Positions 1 through 8,740 of a stretch of DNA of 64,000 nt are shown here, in pieces; position 1 is the stretch's first letter, and every line of letters begins with the position of its first letter. The stretch lies in assembly GCF_947581785.1 (NCBI RefSeq), contig NZ_CANPVO010000038.1, positions 117,049 to 181,048 of the forward strand, in the 5' to 3' direction. The DNA is from Candidatus Palauibacter polyketidifaciens (GTDB taxonomy: Bacteria > Gemmatimonadota > Gemmatimonadetes > Palauibacterales > Palauibacteraceae). The position numbers and the translations under genes were made by a program. The notes beneath the pieces are model-generated. The model searched no databases, was not told where the DNA came from, and saw only the letters and a program-made list of their open reading frames with translations.

Positions 1-103
1 CGCAACCGCCACGCCCGCGCAACCAACACCGGCCGTTCCGCATATTCCGTCGCACAACTCGGACGCCTCGAGTTTCGCTTGGATCGACCCGCACATCCTA
101 GTC

Positions 104-129
104 GTTATCGTGCTTGAATGTTCGATAAC
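104..129. promoter_or_regulatory. 7-bp inverted repeat GTTATCG-N12-CGATAAC in the low-GC leader upstream of the XRE/ImmA gene; candidate operator
   Basis: Palindromic arms read directly (104-110 and 123-129). Sits ~60 bp upstream of the HTH regulator start. Local GC is far below the window average. Confidence 0.3.
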
Positions 130-186
130 AGCACGGTAGATTTGAACGGAGACGGCAAGGGTGAAGAGAGGGATTACTGACGAGGG

Positions 187-1467
187 GTGACGCGCATGAT
201 CGACCCGGTGCGATTGGCGGAGCGACTCCGCGAGGCGCGCGAGGCGCACGGCTTGAGCCAGAAGGAAGTCGCCGAGGCGCTGGACGTGCCCCGCTCGGCG
301 GTGAGCAAGATCGAGAGCGGCCGACGCGCCGTCTCGACGTTGGAACTCACGAGAATGGCTGACCTGTACGCCCTCTCCGCCTCGTTCTTCCTCTCGGACG
401 AGGGGGAACGGCGGAGCGAAGACCTGGCCCATGTCCTCCTGCGGGCCCTTCCCGAAACCCGAGAGGATCCGCAAGTCGCGCACGCCGTGCGCTCCAGCGT
501 GTTGCTGTGCCGGGAGGGTGCCTCGCTTCGGCGACTTCTGGGTCGGGCCGTTGAACCGACGGTCCCCAGTTACGCCGCACGGACCGGATCCACGAGCGAT
601 GCGATTCGGCAGGGAGAGGCCGTCGCCCGGGAGGAGCGGCGCCGCCTCGGACTCGGCGATGTTCCAATCCGGAGCGTGGCCGGACTCATCAGTGATCAAG
701 GTATCTGGGCCGCGGCCACCGGATTGCCCGACGGCCTGTCCGGGCTGTTCGTGAACCACCCGGATGTCGGTTTCGCCGTTCTGGTCAACCGGCGGCATGG
801 CGAAGCTCGACGGCGATTCTCCTACGCGCACGAGTACGCACACGTCCTGTTCGACCGCGACCGTACGATCACAACGTCGCGCCGTGACAACGCCTCCGGG
901 CGTCTGGAGACGAGAGCCAACGCCTTCGCGGCGGCATTTCTCATGCCGCCGGGCGGTGTCGCCGAGCAGCTCGAACGAATGGGCAAGGGACGCCCGAGCC
1001 GGAACGCCCAGGCCATCTTCGATGTCGCCAACGATTCCGCGATCACGGCGGAGATCCGCACCCGGCCGGGATCCCAGGAGCTCACGTACGCGGACGTGGC
1101 CGTCCTGGCGCGACATTTCGGCGTCAGCTTCGAGGCGGCGGTTTGGCGGCTCAAGAGTCTGAAACACACGTCCGCATCCGAATCCGCCGCTCTGATCGAG
1201 CAGAAGAACATTGGAAATCGGTACATCCGGATGCTGGACCGGAGCCCGCACGACGGGGCTTGGGACCCGGACGCGCCCGAAGGCGTCTCCGCCCGCGGCG
1301 TGGGGGCCGGTCACGACCGGGAGCTGCGCGGCCAACTCCTCCGCCTCGCAATCGAGGCGTTCCGCCGGGAAGCGATCTCGCGCGGACGGCTGCTCGAGAT
1401 CGGTCGGAGACTCGACATCGCCGGCGACGACATGCTCGACGTCGCGATGGCCGCCCGGCCTTGCTGA
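187..1467 (+). CDS. XRE-family HTH fused to an ImmA/IrrE (COG2856) zinc metallopeptidase domain
   Basis: The N-terminus (LSQKEVAEALDVPRSAVSKIESGRRAVSTLELTRMADLY) is a classic XRE HTH. The HEYAHVLFD segment gives the HExxH zinc-peptidase motif of the ImmA/IrrE family. 426 aa. Confidence 0.8.
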   Translation: MTRMIDPVRLAERLREAREAHGLSQKEVAEALDVPRSAVSKIESGRRAVSTLELTRMADLYALSASFFLSDEGERRSEDLAHVLLRALPETREDPQVAHAVRSSVLLCREGASLRRLLGRAVEPTVPSYAARTGSTSDAIRQGEAVAREERRRLGLGDVPIRSVAGLISDQGIWAAATGLPDGLSGLFVNHPDVGFAVLVNRRHGEARRRFSYAHEYAHVLFDRDRTITTSRRDNASGRLETRANAFAAAFLMPPGGVAEQLERMGKGRPSRNAQAIFDVANDSAITAEIRTRPGSQELTYADVAVLARHFGVSFEAAVWRLKSLKHTSASESAALIEQKNIGNRYIRMLDRSPHDGAWDPDAPEGVSARGVGAGHDRELRGQLLRLAIEAFRREAISRGRLLEIGRRLDIAGDDMLDVAMAARPC

Positions 1468-1496
1468 TTCGAGAGCGCCCGCTGCGGGGCGTCGTT

Positions 1497-2414
1497 GTGG
1501 CGGACACATGCGTGCTGCTGAACTTCCTCCAGATCGACCGTATGGACCTGATCGGAGCCCATCCGGATGCGTTCATGGCCACGGACCATGTGGCAGCCGA
1601 GATCACAGACCTCGCGCAGCTCGAGCGCTACGAAGAGGCCCGCCGAGCGGGTTTCGTCGCGGAAGAGCACGTCACCCACCCGGCCGAGCTGGAGATCTTC
1701 CTTCGTCTCGAAGGTTCAGGACGCCTCGGCGCAGGAGAACGATCTGCCATCGCGGTCGCCCTGAATCGCGGCTACCGTCTCGCAACGGACGACAACAAGG
1801 CCATCAAGCGGGCGGCGCGGGAGGCGGCCGTGGCCTCGCGGGAACTCCGTTTCGTCCGCACGGAAGACATCGTGACGGAACTGATCCAGCACGGAGCGCT
1901 GACGATCGCGGCGGCCGACGAGATGCTCACCGACTGGGCGGCGAACCATCGGAGGGTGGCGCAGCGCGTCAGCGAAGGGGGACACGACATCCCGGAGCCA
2001 GTTGCCCGTCGTCGGTTCGAGCGAAGCTGGGACAATTTCGTCTCGTTGTACCGCCCCATTGCAGACGAATGGCAGGTCTACGACACTTCGAGCCGGTCCC
2101 CAATCCTGGTCGCCGCCTCGGAGCGTAACGACATCCTGCCGCTCCTTCCCAGCGGCTGGCGCATCCGAGAGTTGCCGACCGCGGTGGACGCAGACCGGCG
2201 GGACCTCTCGGACGATCCCACAAGGAGAAGCGCCATGACGGAGGACAAGAAGCAGGCTCCGGACAGATTCCCGGAGGGAGAGCCTTCGATACAGAACGTG
2301 ATGATCGCCTTGAGACAGGCGCGGGACGACGCGCTGGCGCGCGCGGCAGCCGTTAGGCGAGGGGAAGCCGAGGCCGCGCGGGCCGAGAATGCGACATCCA
2401 CCGCCGAGAACTGA
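1497..2414 (+). CDS. PIN-domain protein with a C-terminal segment resembling the tail of zeta-toxin/COG4185-type ATPases (no P-loop)
   Basis: The PIN acidic residues are in place: VVADTCVLLNF, AAEITD, GAGERSAIAVALNRGYRLATDD and RTEDIV. The C-terminal RRVAQRVSEGGHDIPEPVARRRFERSWDNF resembles the conserved tail of zeta-toxin-like ATPases; this is from memory, not a search. The ORF frame opens right at the stop of the upstream gene (TGA 1465-1467). The start is uncertain: CTG at 1464 or GTG at 1497. Confidence 0.55.
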   Translation: MADTCVLLNFLQIDRMDLIGAHPDAFMATDHVAAEITDLAQLERYEEARRAGFVAEEHVTHPAELEIFLRLEGSGRLGAGERSAIAVALNRGYRLATDDNKAIKRAAREAAVASRELRFVRTEDIVTELIQHGALTIAAADEMLTDWAANHRRVAQRVSEGGHDIPEPVARRRFERSWDNFVSLYRPIADEWQVYDTSSRSPILVAASERNDILPLLPSGWRIRELPTAVDADRRDLSDDPTRRSAMTEDKKQAPDRFPEGEPSIQNVMIALRQARDDALARAAAVRRGEAEAARAENATSTAEN

Positions 2415-2423
2415 TATGGAGCG

Positions 2424-3389
2424 ATGAGTACAGAAAACGTTGTCATCATCGGCTCGGGCCCCGCCGCCTGGACGGCGGCAATTTATGCGGCCCGGGCGAA
2501 CCTGAATCCGCTCGTGTTCGAAGGTGCGGGGAGCCGCACGATGATCCCGGGTGGGCAGCTTATGTTCACAACTGATGTGGAGAACTATCCCGGTTTCCCC
2601 GAAGGGGTTAGCGGCATCGACATGATGTTGGACTTCAAGAAGCAGGCGCTACGTTTCGACACGCGCGTGTTCACCGAGGACATCGTGGAGGTCGACTTCT
2701 CGAGCCGACCCTTCCGCCTGCGCTCGTCCGGGAAGCAGGAGGTGCTCGCGGAGACCGTGATCGTGGCCACGGGTGCCAACGCGCGCTGGCTCGGCGTGCC
2801 GGGCGAGGAGCGGCTCGCGCAGAGCGGCGGCGGGGTGTCCGCGTGCGCGGTGTGCGACGGCGCCCTGCCCGTCTTCCGGGACCAGGTCCTCGCCGTCGTG
2901 GGAGGCGGCGACAGCGCGATGGAGGAGGCGCTCTACCTCACGAAGTTCGCGAGCGAGGTGCTGCTCATCCACCGGCGCGACGAACTGCGGGCGTCGCAGA
3001 TCATGCAGGAGCGGGCCCTCGCCAGCGACAAGATCCGCTTTCTCTGGAACCGGACTGTGGAGGAGGTGTTCGGGGACGACGCGATCACCGGCCTCCGCCT
3101 TCGCGACACGGTGACGGGCGAGGCGTCGGAGGTCGAGGTGGGCGGGATGTTCGTGGCCATCGGCCACATCCCCAACACGGCGTTCCTGCAGGGCCAGGTC
3201 GACCTCAAGGAGAACGGCTACGTCGACATGCCCACGCCGTGGCGCACGGACACGAACGTGCCCGGAGTGTTCGCGGCCGGCGACGTCATGGACGACTACT
3301 ACCGGCAGGCCGTCTCGGCGGCGGGCACCGGCTGCATGGCCGCCCTCGACGCCGAACGCTTCCTCGCCCACAACGGCGCCGCCGGCTGA
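2424..3389 (+). CDS. trxB: thioredoxin-disulfide reductase
   Basis: The FAD-binding N-terminus [19 protein letters not shown], the redox-active CAVCDGA motif and GVFAAGDV are all present. 321 aa. Confidence 0.9.
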   Translation: MSTENVVIIGSGPAAWTAAIYAARANLNPLVFEGAGSRTMIPGGQLMFTTDVENYPGFPEGVSGIDMMLDFKKQALRFDTRVFTEDIVEVDFSSRPFRLRSSGKQEVLAETVIVATGANARWLGVPGEERLAQSGGGVSACAVCDGALPVFRDQVLAVVGGGDSAMEEALYLTKFASEVLLIHRRDELRASQIMQERALASDKIRFLWNRTVEEVFGDDAITGLRLRDTVTGEASEVEVGGMFVAIGHIPNTAFLQGQVDLKENGYVDMPTPWRTDTNVPGVFAAGDVMDDYYRQAVSAAGTGCMAALDAERFLAHNGAAG

Positions 3390-3445
3390 CCGCGGCCCGA
3401 TCGCTCTGCGCCTGTCTGGCGAGCGCCGGGCAACGAATCACCGGA

Positions 3446-4975
3446 TTACCAGAAGATGATGTAGAGGACGGCGGCGCCCGCGATAACGCCTCCGGCCCAG
3501 AGTCCTGCGCGGGGAGCGGGCGTCAGATCCACTCCGTCCGCGGCCCGGGGCAGCCGGCGCGGGGCATCGAGCGGGCGCGCGCGCGTCACGAGGACGATGT
3601 AGGCGCCGATCGCGAGGAAGGTGATCGCCATGTGGTGGAGGAACGCGACCTCCGGCAGCAGCCACAGGAGGAGGCCGTAGACGGGGATCCCGAGCAACAT
3701 GCCGCCGAAGGCCGCGGCGGGCGGCGTGCGCGGCGCGAAGATGCCGAACAGGAACGCGGCCACGATCCCCGGTGAGATGAACCCCCAGAACATCTGGATG
3801 TACTCGAACACGCTCGGCGCGCGGGCCACGACCGGCGCCCACAGGCACGCCACCACGACGAGCACCCCCGTCGTCACCCGTCCCACCACCATGAGGCGCC
3901 GCGATGACGCCTCGGGCCGCAGGTGCCGCTTGTAGAGGTCCACGCTGAAGATCGTCGCCGCCGAGTTCAGCATCGAGTCGAGCGAACTCATCACGGCCCC
4001 GAACAGCGCCGCGAACATGAGGCCCGTCAGCCCGGCGGGGAGGAGTTCCCGCATCATCACGGGATAGGCCTGGTCCGGGTTCGTCACCTGATCCGCGAAC
4101 AGCTCCGCCGCCATGATCCCGGGAAAGATGATGATGAACGGGATGAACAGCTTGATGAAGCCCGCCAGGAAGAGCCCCCGCTGCCCGTCCGCCAGGCTGC
4201 GCGCCGCCAGCGTGCGCTGCGTGATGAACTGGTTCAGTCCCCAGTAGAAGATGTTGGGGATCCACAGGCCGCCGATGAAGACGGCGACCCAAGGCATCTC
4301 CGGGTGGTTCCACGGGAGGACGGTGTGGAGCTTTCCGTCCGCCGCCTCGAGGAAGGGGCCGATGCCGCCCATGGCCCGGAACCCCAGCACGGTCACGAGC
4401 ACGCCGCCGAGGAGGAGCGCCACGCCCTGGAGGAGGTCGGACCACACGACCGCTTTCAGTCCCCCGTAGATCGTGTACCCGCCCGCGAGCACGCCGATGA
4501 GCCAGGTGCCGGTCCCCGTGTCGAGGCCGAAGATCGACTCCAGGGCGAGCGCGCCCGAGTACAGCACGGTCGCGAGGGCCACGAGCACGTACGCCGCGAG
4601 GATGAACGCCGCCATCAGCGTGCGCGTACGCACGTCGTACCGGAACTCGAGATATTCCGGGATGGTGTAGATCCCCGCCGCGAGGAACCGGGGCAGGAAG
4701 AAGAGTCCGACGAGGACGAGGGTGACGGCCGCCATCCACTCGTAGCTCGCGATCGCAAGCCCGATGTCGTAGCCCCGCCCCGCCATCCCCACGAAATGCT
4801 CGGTGGAAATGTTCGAGGCGATGAGCGAGAAGCCGATCAGCCACCACGGCAGGTTGCGCCCGGCGAGGAAGTACCCGGCCGCGTCCCGCCGCCCCCGCGA
4901 GGCATACAGCGACACCCCCACGACCAGCAACAGAAAGCCCGCGAACGCCGCAACGTCGAGCGGCCGAAAGTTCAC
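3446..4975 (-). CDS. sodium:solute symporter (SSS) family transporter
   Basis: A multi-TM protein with an SSS-type N-terminus (YFLAGRNLPWWLIGFSLIASNISTEHFVGMAG). 509 aa. Confidence 0.85.
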   Translation of the reverse strand: MNFRPLDVAAFAGFLLLVVGVSLYASRGRRDAAGYFLAGRNLPWWLIGFSLIASNISTEHFVGMAGRGYDIGLAIASYEWMAAVTLVLVGLFFLPRFLAAGIYTIPEYLEFRYDVRTRTLMAAFILAAYVLVALATVLYSGALALESIFGLDTGTGTWLIGVLAGGYTIYGGLKAVVWSDLLQGVALLLGGVLVTVLGFRAMGGIGPFLEAADGKLHTVLPWNHPEMPWVAVFIGGLWIPNIFYWGLNQFITQRTLAARSLADGQRGLFLAGFIKLFIPFIIIFPGIMAAELFADQVTNPDQAYPVMMRELLPAGLTGLMFAALFGAVMSSLDSMLNSAATIFSVDLYKRHLRPEASSRRLMVVGRVTTGVLVVVACLWAPVVARAPSVFEYIQMFWGFISPGIVAAFLFGIFAPRTPPAAAFGGMLLGIPVYGLLLWLLPEVAFLHHMAITFLAIGAYIVLVTRARPLDAPRRLPRAADGVDLTPAPRAGLWAGGVIAGAAVLYIIFW

Positions 4976-4982
4976 ACTTGTC

Positions 4983-5201
4983 TCACGTCATCGCGTCGCG
5001 GAGGGTCTGCCTCGCTTCTTCGTGCCGGCTGGCGGGCACGCGGAGGACTTTTGCGGCCGCCGTCGGGCCCCAGGACACGGGTGCGAACTCCCCTTCGACC
5101 CTGAAGGGGATGTCGTCCGCCTCGAGGGCGAGCCGCGCCGCGAGGAATTCGCTCTCATCCCACGCCTCGAACACGCGGACCATGTCCTCGCTCCGTGTCA
5201 C
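4983..5201 (-). CDS. small DUF2007-like (putative signal-transducing) protein co-transcribed upstream of the SSS transporter
   Basis: 72 aa. The pattern VRVFEAWDESEFLAARLALEADDIPFRV...KVLRVPASRHEEARQTL matches the DUF2007 consensus as I recall it. It lies 8 bp upstream of the transporter start. Confidence 0.45.
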   Translation of the reverse strand: MTRSEDMVRVFEAWDESEFLAARLALEADDIPFRVEGEFAPVSWGPTAAAKVLRVPASRHEEARQTLRDAMT

Positions 5202-5211
5202 GTCGCCCCCA

Positions 5212-5682
5212 TCATGATGAAGCAGGGATCTCTTCGATGTCGGCGGTCCAGGTCACCTTGATCGCGCCCTCGAGCGAGCGGGCGGTGGGGCACTTCGCGC
5301 CGTGGCTGGCGAGCGCGCGCTCCACCGTCTCCCGGGCCTCGGCGGGGATTCGGAGCCGGTAGTGGACGATGATCTCCTCCAGCGTGGGCATGCGGTCGCG
5401 GAGGCGGTTGATCCCCTCCACTTCGGCGGCGATGTCGTCGGGGGCCAGGCGGATGCCGCGCACTTCCAGTGCGCCGTTGAGCGTGCCCAGCATTCAGGCG
5501 CCGGTCGCGGCCACCTGGTAGTCGACGGGGAGCGGCAGATCTTTCGCGTCGATCCGGTAGTGGGACTTGATGGGTCCGTGGACGCCGAAGTCGATCTCGG
5601 TCCCCTCTTCGAGGCGGGCCCGGCGATGCACGCCTCCGATCTTTTCGAGACGCGCGCGGGCAGTGTAGAACGGTTCGGACAT
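5212..5682 (-). CDS. OsmC/Ohr-family peroxidase interrupted by an in-frame TGA (5494-5496) at the position of the first catalytic Cys; selenoprotein candidate or pseudogene
   Basis: Two adjacent same-frame ORFs (5494..5754 and 5212..5493) are separated only by TGA. The joined protein carries the OsmC C-terminal motif HGAKCPTARSLEGAIKVTW. The TGA falls in the segment QVAATGA-[TGA]-MLGTLNGAL, which aligns with the OsmC first-Cys motif AAhAAC-FsMaL. AGGAGA lies 7 nt upstream of ATG 5682. Confidence 0.6.
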
Positions 5683-5778
5683 GATGTGCTCTCCTTTACG
5701 AAGCCGCCTTCCCTGTCGCATTTTCGGGCGGCGAGATTCGGGCGGGACGCGCAAACGGAACGATCAAGAGCAACCAGC

Positions 5779-7596
5779 ATGACGTCAACCCGCGACAGGA
5801 ACCGCCTTCCGGGAGGAGCGGCGGGCCGCATCGTGGCCGTGATCCTCCTGGCAGGCGGGATCGCGGCCTGCGGGCGGGGTTCGGCCGAGACGGCGGACAC
5901 GGCCCCGCCCAGCGACCTCTCGGCGCTCAGCGACCGCTTCTGGGACGCCTACCTCTCCTGGAACCCGCTGCAGGCAACCTACCTGGGAGAACACCGCCTC
6001 AGCGACCGCGTTCGCGACATCTCGCCGTCGGGCCGCAACAATCGCCGCCGCGAGGTTCGTGCCCTCACGGATGCCCTCGCAGCCATCGACCGTCCGTCGC
6101 TGCCCCCCGAGGAGCGGCTGACATTTCTCGCACTTGACCATCAGCTCTCGGCGGAAGTTGCCGAGCAGACGTGCGACCTGGAGGTGTGGGTGGTGGACCA
6201 CCGCGAGGGGTTCCAGCTCGACTTCCTCAACATCGTGGGCGCCCAGCCGCTCGAAACGCCGGTCGACGGCGAGCGCATGATCCGGCGCTGGAATGCGTTC
6301 GCGGACTATATCGACGACTACATCTCGAACCTCCGCACCGGTCTCGAGACGGGACGGGTCGCGGCACGCCCGTCGGTGAACCGCACGATCGTACAGCTCG
6401 AAGCCCTCCTCGAACGACCCGTGGAGGAATGGCCCATTTACGCCCCGGCGGGGACGCGGCTCGATGCATGGCCCGAGGGAACGCGCCACGACTTCCGGGC
6501 CGGGATCCGCGAGGCCGCCTCCGAGCGCATTCAGCCGGCGTATGTGAGACTCCGTGACTTCCTGCGCGACGAACTCTATCCACACTCGCGCACGGGCGCG
6601 GAGGTCGGACTCTCCAGCCTGCCGGGCGGCAGCGACTGCTACGAGGCGATGATCCGCACCTTCACGACGCTCGAACTGACGCCGGCGGAGATCCACGCGC
6701 GCGGCCTGGCGGAGCTGGAGAGGGTCCACGAGGAGCTGCGGACCCTTGGGCGGGAAGCTCTCGGCGCGGCCGATCTGAAAGAGCTTCAGCAGCGGCTGCG
6801 GTCGGACCCGGAGATGTACTTCCGCTGGCCGGGCGAGATCGTGCAGCAGGCGGAGGAGGCCTACGCGCGGGCGGCCCTCATCATGCCCGACTGGTTCGGC
6901 ACGCCGCCCCGGACGGAGATGGTGATCCGTCCGATCCCGCTGTACGAAGCGCCGCAGAGCCAGCTCGCATACTACCGCGAGCCCGCGCCGGATGGGTCGC
7001 GTCCCGGCACGTACTACGTGAACACGTACCGGCCCGAGATCCGGCCCAGGTATCAGGCCGACGTCCTGAGCTTTCACGAGGCGATTCCGGGGCACCACCT
7101 CCAGACCGCGATCGCCCAGGAGGTCGAGGGTCTGCCCGAGTTCCGAAAGCACCTCGGATCGGTCGCCTTCGTCGAGGGATGGGGGCTGTACGCGGAGCGG
7201 CTCGCCGATGAAATGGGTCTCTACGTGGACGACCTGAGCCGCATCGGCCTCGCCTCGTACGATGCCTGGCGGGCCAGCCGGCTCGTCGTCGACACCGGCA
7301 TCCACGCCTTCGGCTGGACGCGGGAGGAGGCGATCGACTTCGTCCGCGAGAACACGCTGCTCGCCGAAGTGAACATCGAGAACGAGGTGGACCGTTACAT
7401 CACTTCGCCCGCCCAGGCGCTCACCTACAAGCTGGGGCAGCTCGAGATCTCGCGGCTGCGCCGGGAGGCTGAGGCCAGGCTCGGGGAGGCATTCTCCATC
7501 GCGGAGTTCCACGACCGGGTGCTGGAGAACGGCGCGCTGAGCCTCCCCGCACTCGGCGACGCGATCGAGAGCTGGCTTGAGGAGACCGCCAGCTAG
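5779..7596 (+). CDS. DUF885-family lipoprotein (putative metallopeptidase-like)
   Basis: Signal peptide plus lipobox (LLAGGIAAC). The DUF885-type motif FHEAIPGHHLQ is present. ~605 aa from ATG 5779; the upstream in-frame extension to 5302 is not coding. Confidence 0.75.
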   Translation: MTSTRDRNRLPGGAAGRIVAVILLAGGIAACGRGSAETADTAPPSDLSALSDRFWDAYLSWNPLQATYLGEHRLSDRVRDISPSGRNNRRREVRALTDALAAIDRPSLPPEERLTFLALDHQLSAEVAEQTCDLEVWVVDHREGFQLDFLNIVGAQPLETPVDGERMIRRWNAFADYIDDYISNLRTGLETGRVAARPSVNRTIVQLEALLERPVEEWPIYAPAGTRLDAWPEGTRHDFRAGIREAASERIQPAYVRLRDFLRDELYPHSRTGAEVGLSSLPGGSDCYEAMIRTFTTLELTPAEIHARGLAELERVHEELRTLGREALGAADLKELQQRLRSDPEMYFRWPGEIVQQAEEAYARAALIMPDWFGTPPRTEMVIRPIPLYEAPQSQLAYYREPAPDGSRPGTYYVNTYRPEIRPRYQADVLSFHEAIPGHHLQTAIAQEVEGLPEFRKHLGSVAFVEGWGLYAERLADEMGLYVDDLSRIGLASYDAWRASRLVVDTGIHAFGWTREEAIDFVRENTLLAEVNIENEVDRYITSPAQALTYKLGQLEISRLRREAEARLGEAFSIAEFHDRVLENGALSLPALGDAIESWLEETAS

Positions 7597-7655
7597 CGCC
7601 CGGAGTTCGGCCGCCGCGTTGAGGGGACGTTGATCCGGCCCGGCAGGTTCGGGAC

Positions 7656-8720
7656 ATGTGTTCTCCCGGCAAGACCCCGCGGCTCCGGGCCTTCCTGCGC
7701 CCCGGAGCGGAGCCCGGCGGCTTCGCGCTGCCCTCGGCCATGCTCACGCTTCTGCTCGTATCGCTCATGGCGGCGGGCGGCTTTCTCCTGACCTGGATCG
7801 ACGGACAGTCCGCCCGCGCCTTCGCGCGTTCCACCGAGGCCTTCTACGTGGCCGAGAGCGGACTCGCGACGGCGCTCGCGCTCGCCGAGATGCCGAACCC
7901 TTCCGTGCCGCCCCTCACGCTGGGCGTTGGAACCGCGACGGTCTCCTTCGAGCCGCTCCTCGAACTTCGGCGCGGGGAGACCGTGTACCGCGTCGAGTCC
8001 CGGGGACAGGTGGCGTCCGGCGACGCCACCTTCGCACGGTCCGTGGGACAGCTCCTCTGGGTGGCCGGACCGCCACGGGTGCCCGGCGCGCTCGTCCTCG
8101 TCGGGAGCGCGGGCGCCATCCCCCCGAAGGGGACGATCTCGGGGCTCGATGCGTTCGGGAGTGCCTGTCCGCAACAGCCCTCGCCGATCGCGGGCGTCGC
8201 GTACTGGGGCGGGCCGGCGCCGGCGCCCGATTCGGCGTTGATGATCTCGGGGTCGCCAACGGCACGATCGATGCCGGCCGATGTGTCCGTCACGGCGGAA
8301 ACGGGGATCCGCTGGACGGAACTGCTCGCGGACTGGGGCCCGCGTCCCGACGCGGTAGTACCGCCCGATCCGTGGCCGTCTCCGGGAGCCGATTCGTCCT
8401 ATACGCGGATTTCGGGATCGGGGACGCTCGGTCCGGGCTCCAGCGGGCGCGGCGCCCTCGTGGTGGAGGGCGACCTGACGCTCGACGACGGTTTCGCCTG
8501 GCGGGGGCTCATCCTCGTGGGCGGCGCCCTGCTCCTGAACGGGGACATCTCGATTCAGGGGAGCGTGGCAAGCGGGCTCGCGGGCGGCGTGGGGGTGGCG
8601 GCGGACTTCGGCGGCCACCGCGTCGATCTGCGCTTCAGCGCCTGCGCCGTTGCGGCGGCCGCGGAGCGACTCACCGCGCCGGCCGCGGCCATCCCCGGCA
8701 CGTGGTACGAAGTCTGGTAG
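7656..8720 (+). CDS. hypothetical protein with a PilX-N-like (type IV pilus-associated) N-terminal domain
   Basis: The N-terminus GGFALPSAMLTLLLVSLMAAGGFLL...AFARSTEAFYVAESGL resembles the PilX_N domain. The C-terminus has GALVVEGDLTLDDGFAWRGLILVGGALLLNG, typical of pilus-associated proteins. The opposite strand carries Arg-rich shadow ORFs. Confidence 0.4.
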   Translation: MCSPGKTPRLRAFLRPGAEPGGFALPSAMLTLLLVSLMAAGGFLLTWIDGQSARAFARSTEAFYVAESGLATALALAEMPNPSVPPLTLGVGTATVSFEPLLELRRGETVYRVESRGQVASGDATFARSVGQLLWVAGPPRVPGALVLVGSAGAIPPKGTISGLDAFGSACPQQPSPIAGVAYWGGPAPAPDSALMISGSPTARSMPADVSVTAETGIRWTELLADWGPRPDAVVPPDPWPSPGADSSYTRISGSGTLGPGSSGRGALVVEGDLTLDDGFAWRGLILVGGALLLNGDISIQGSVASGLAGGVGVAADFGGHRVDLRFSACAVAAAAERLTAPAAAIPGTWYEVW

Positions 8721-8740
8721 CCCTGGCAGGCCGTGGCCTC

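Noticed and set aside
5302-5778. Upstream extension of the DUF885 ORF to 5302
   Set aside because: The extension is antisense to the OsmC-family gene and lacks signal-peptide context. The lipoprotein signal peptide begins right after ATG 5779.
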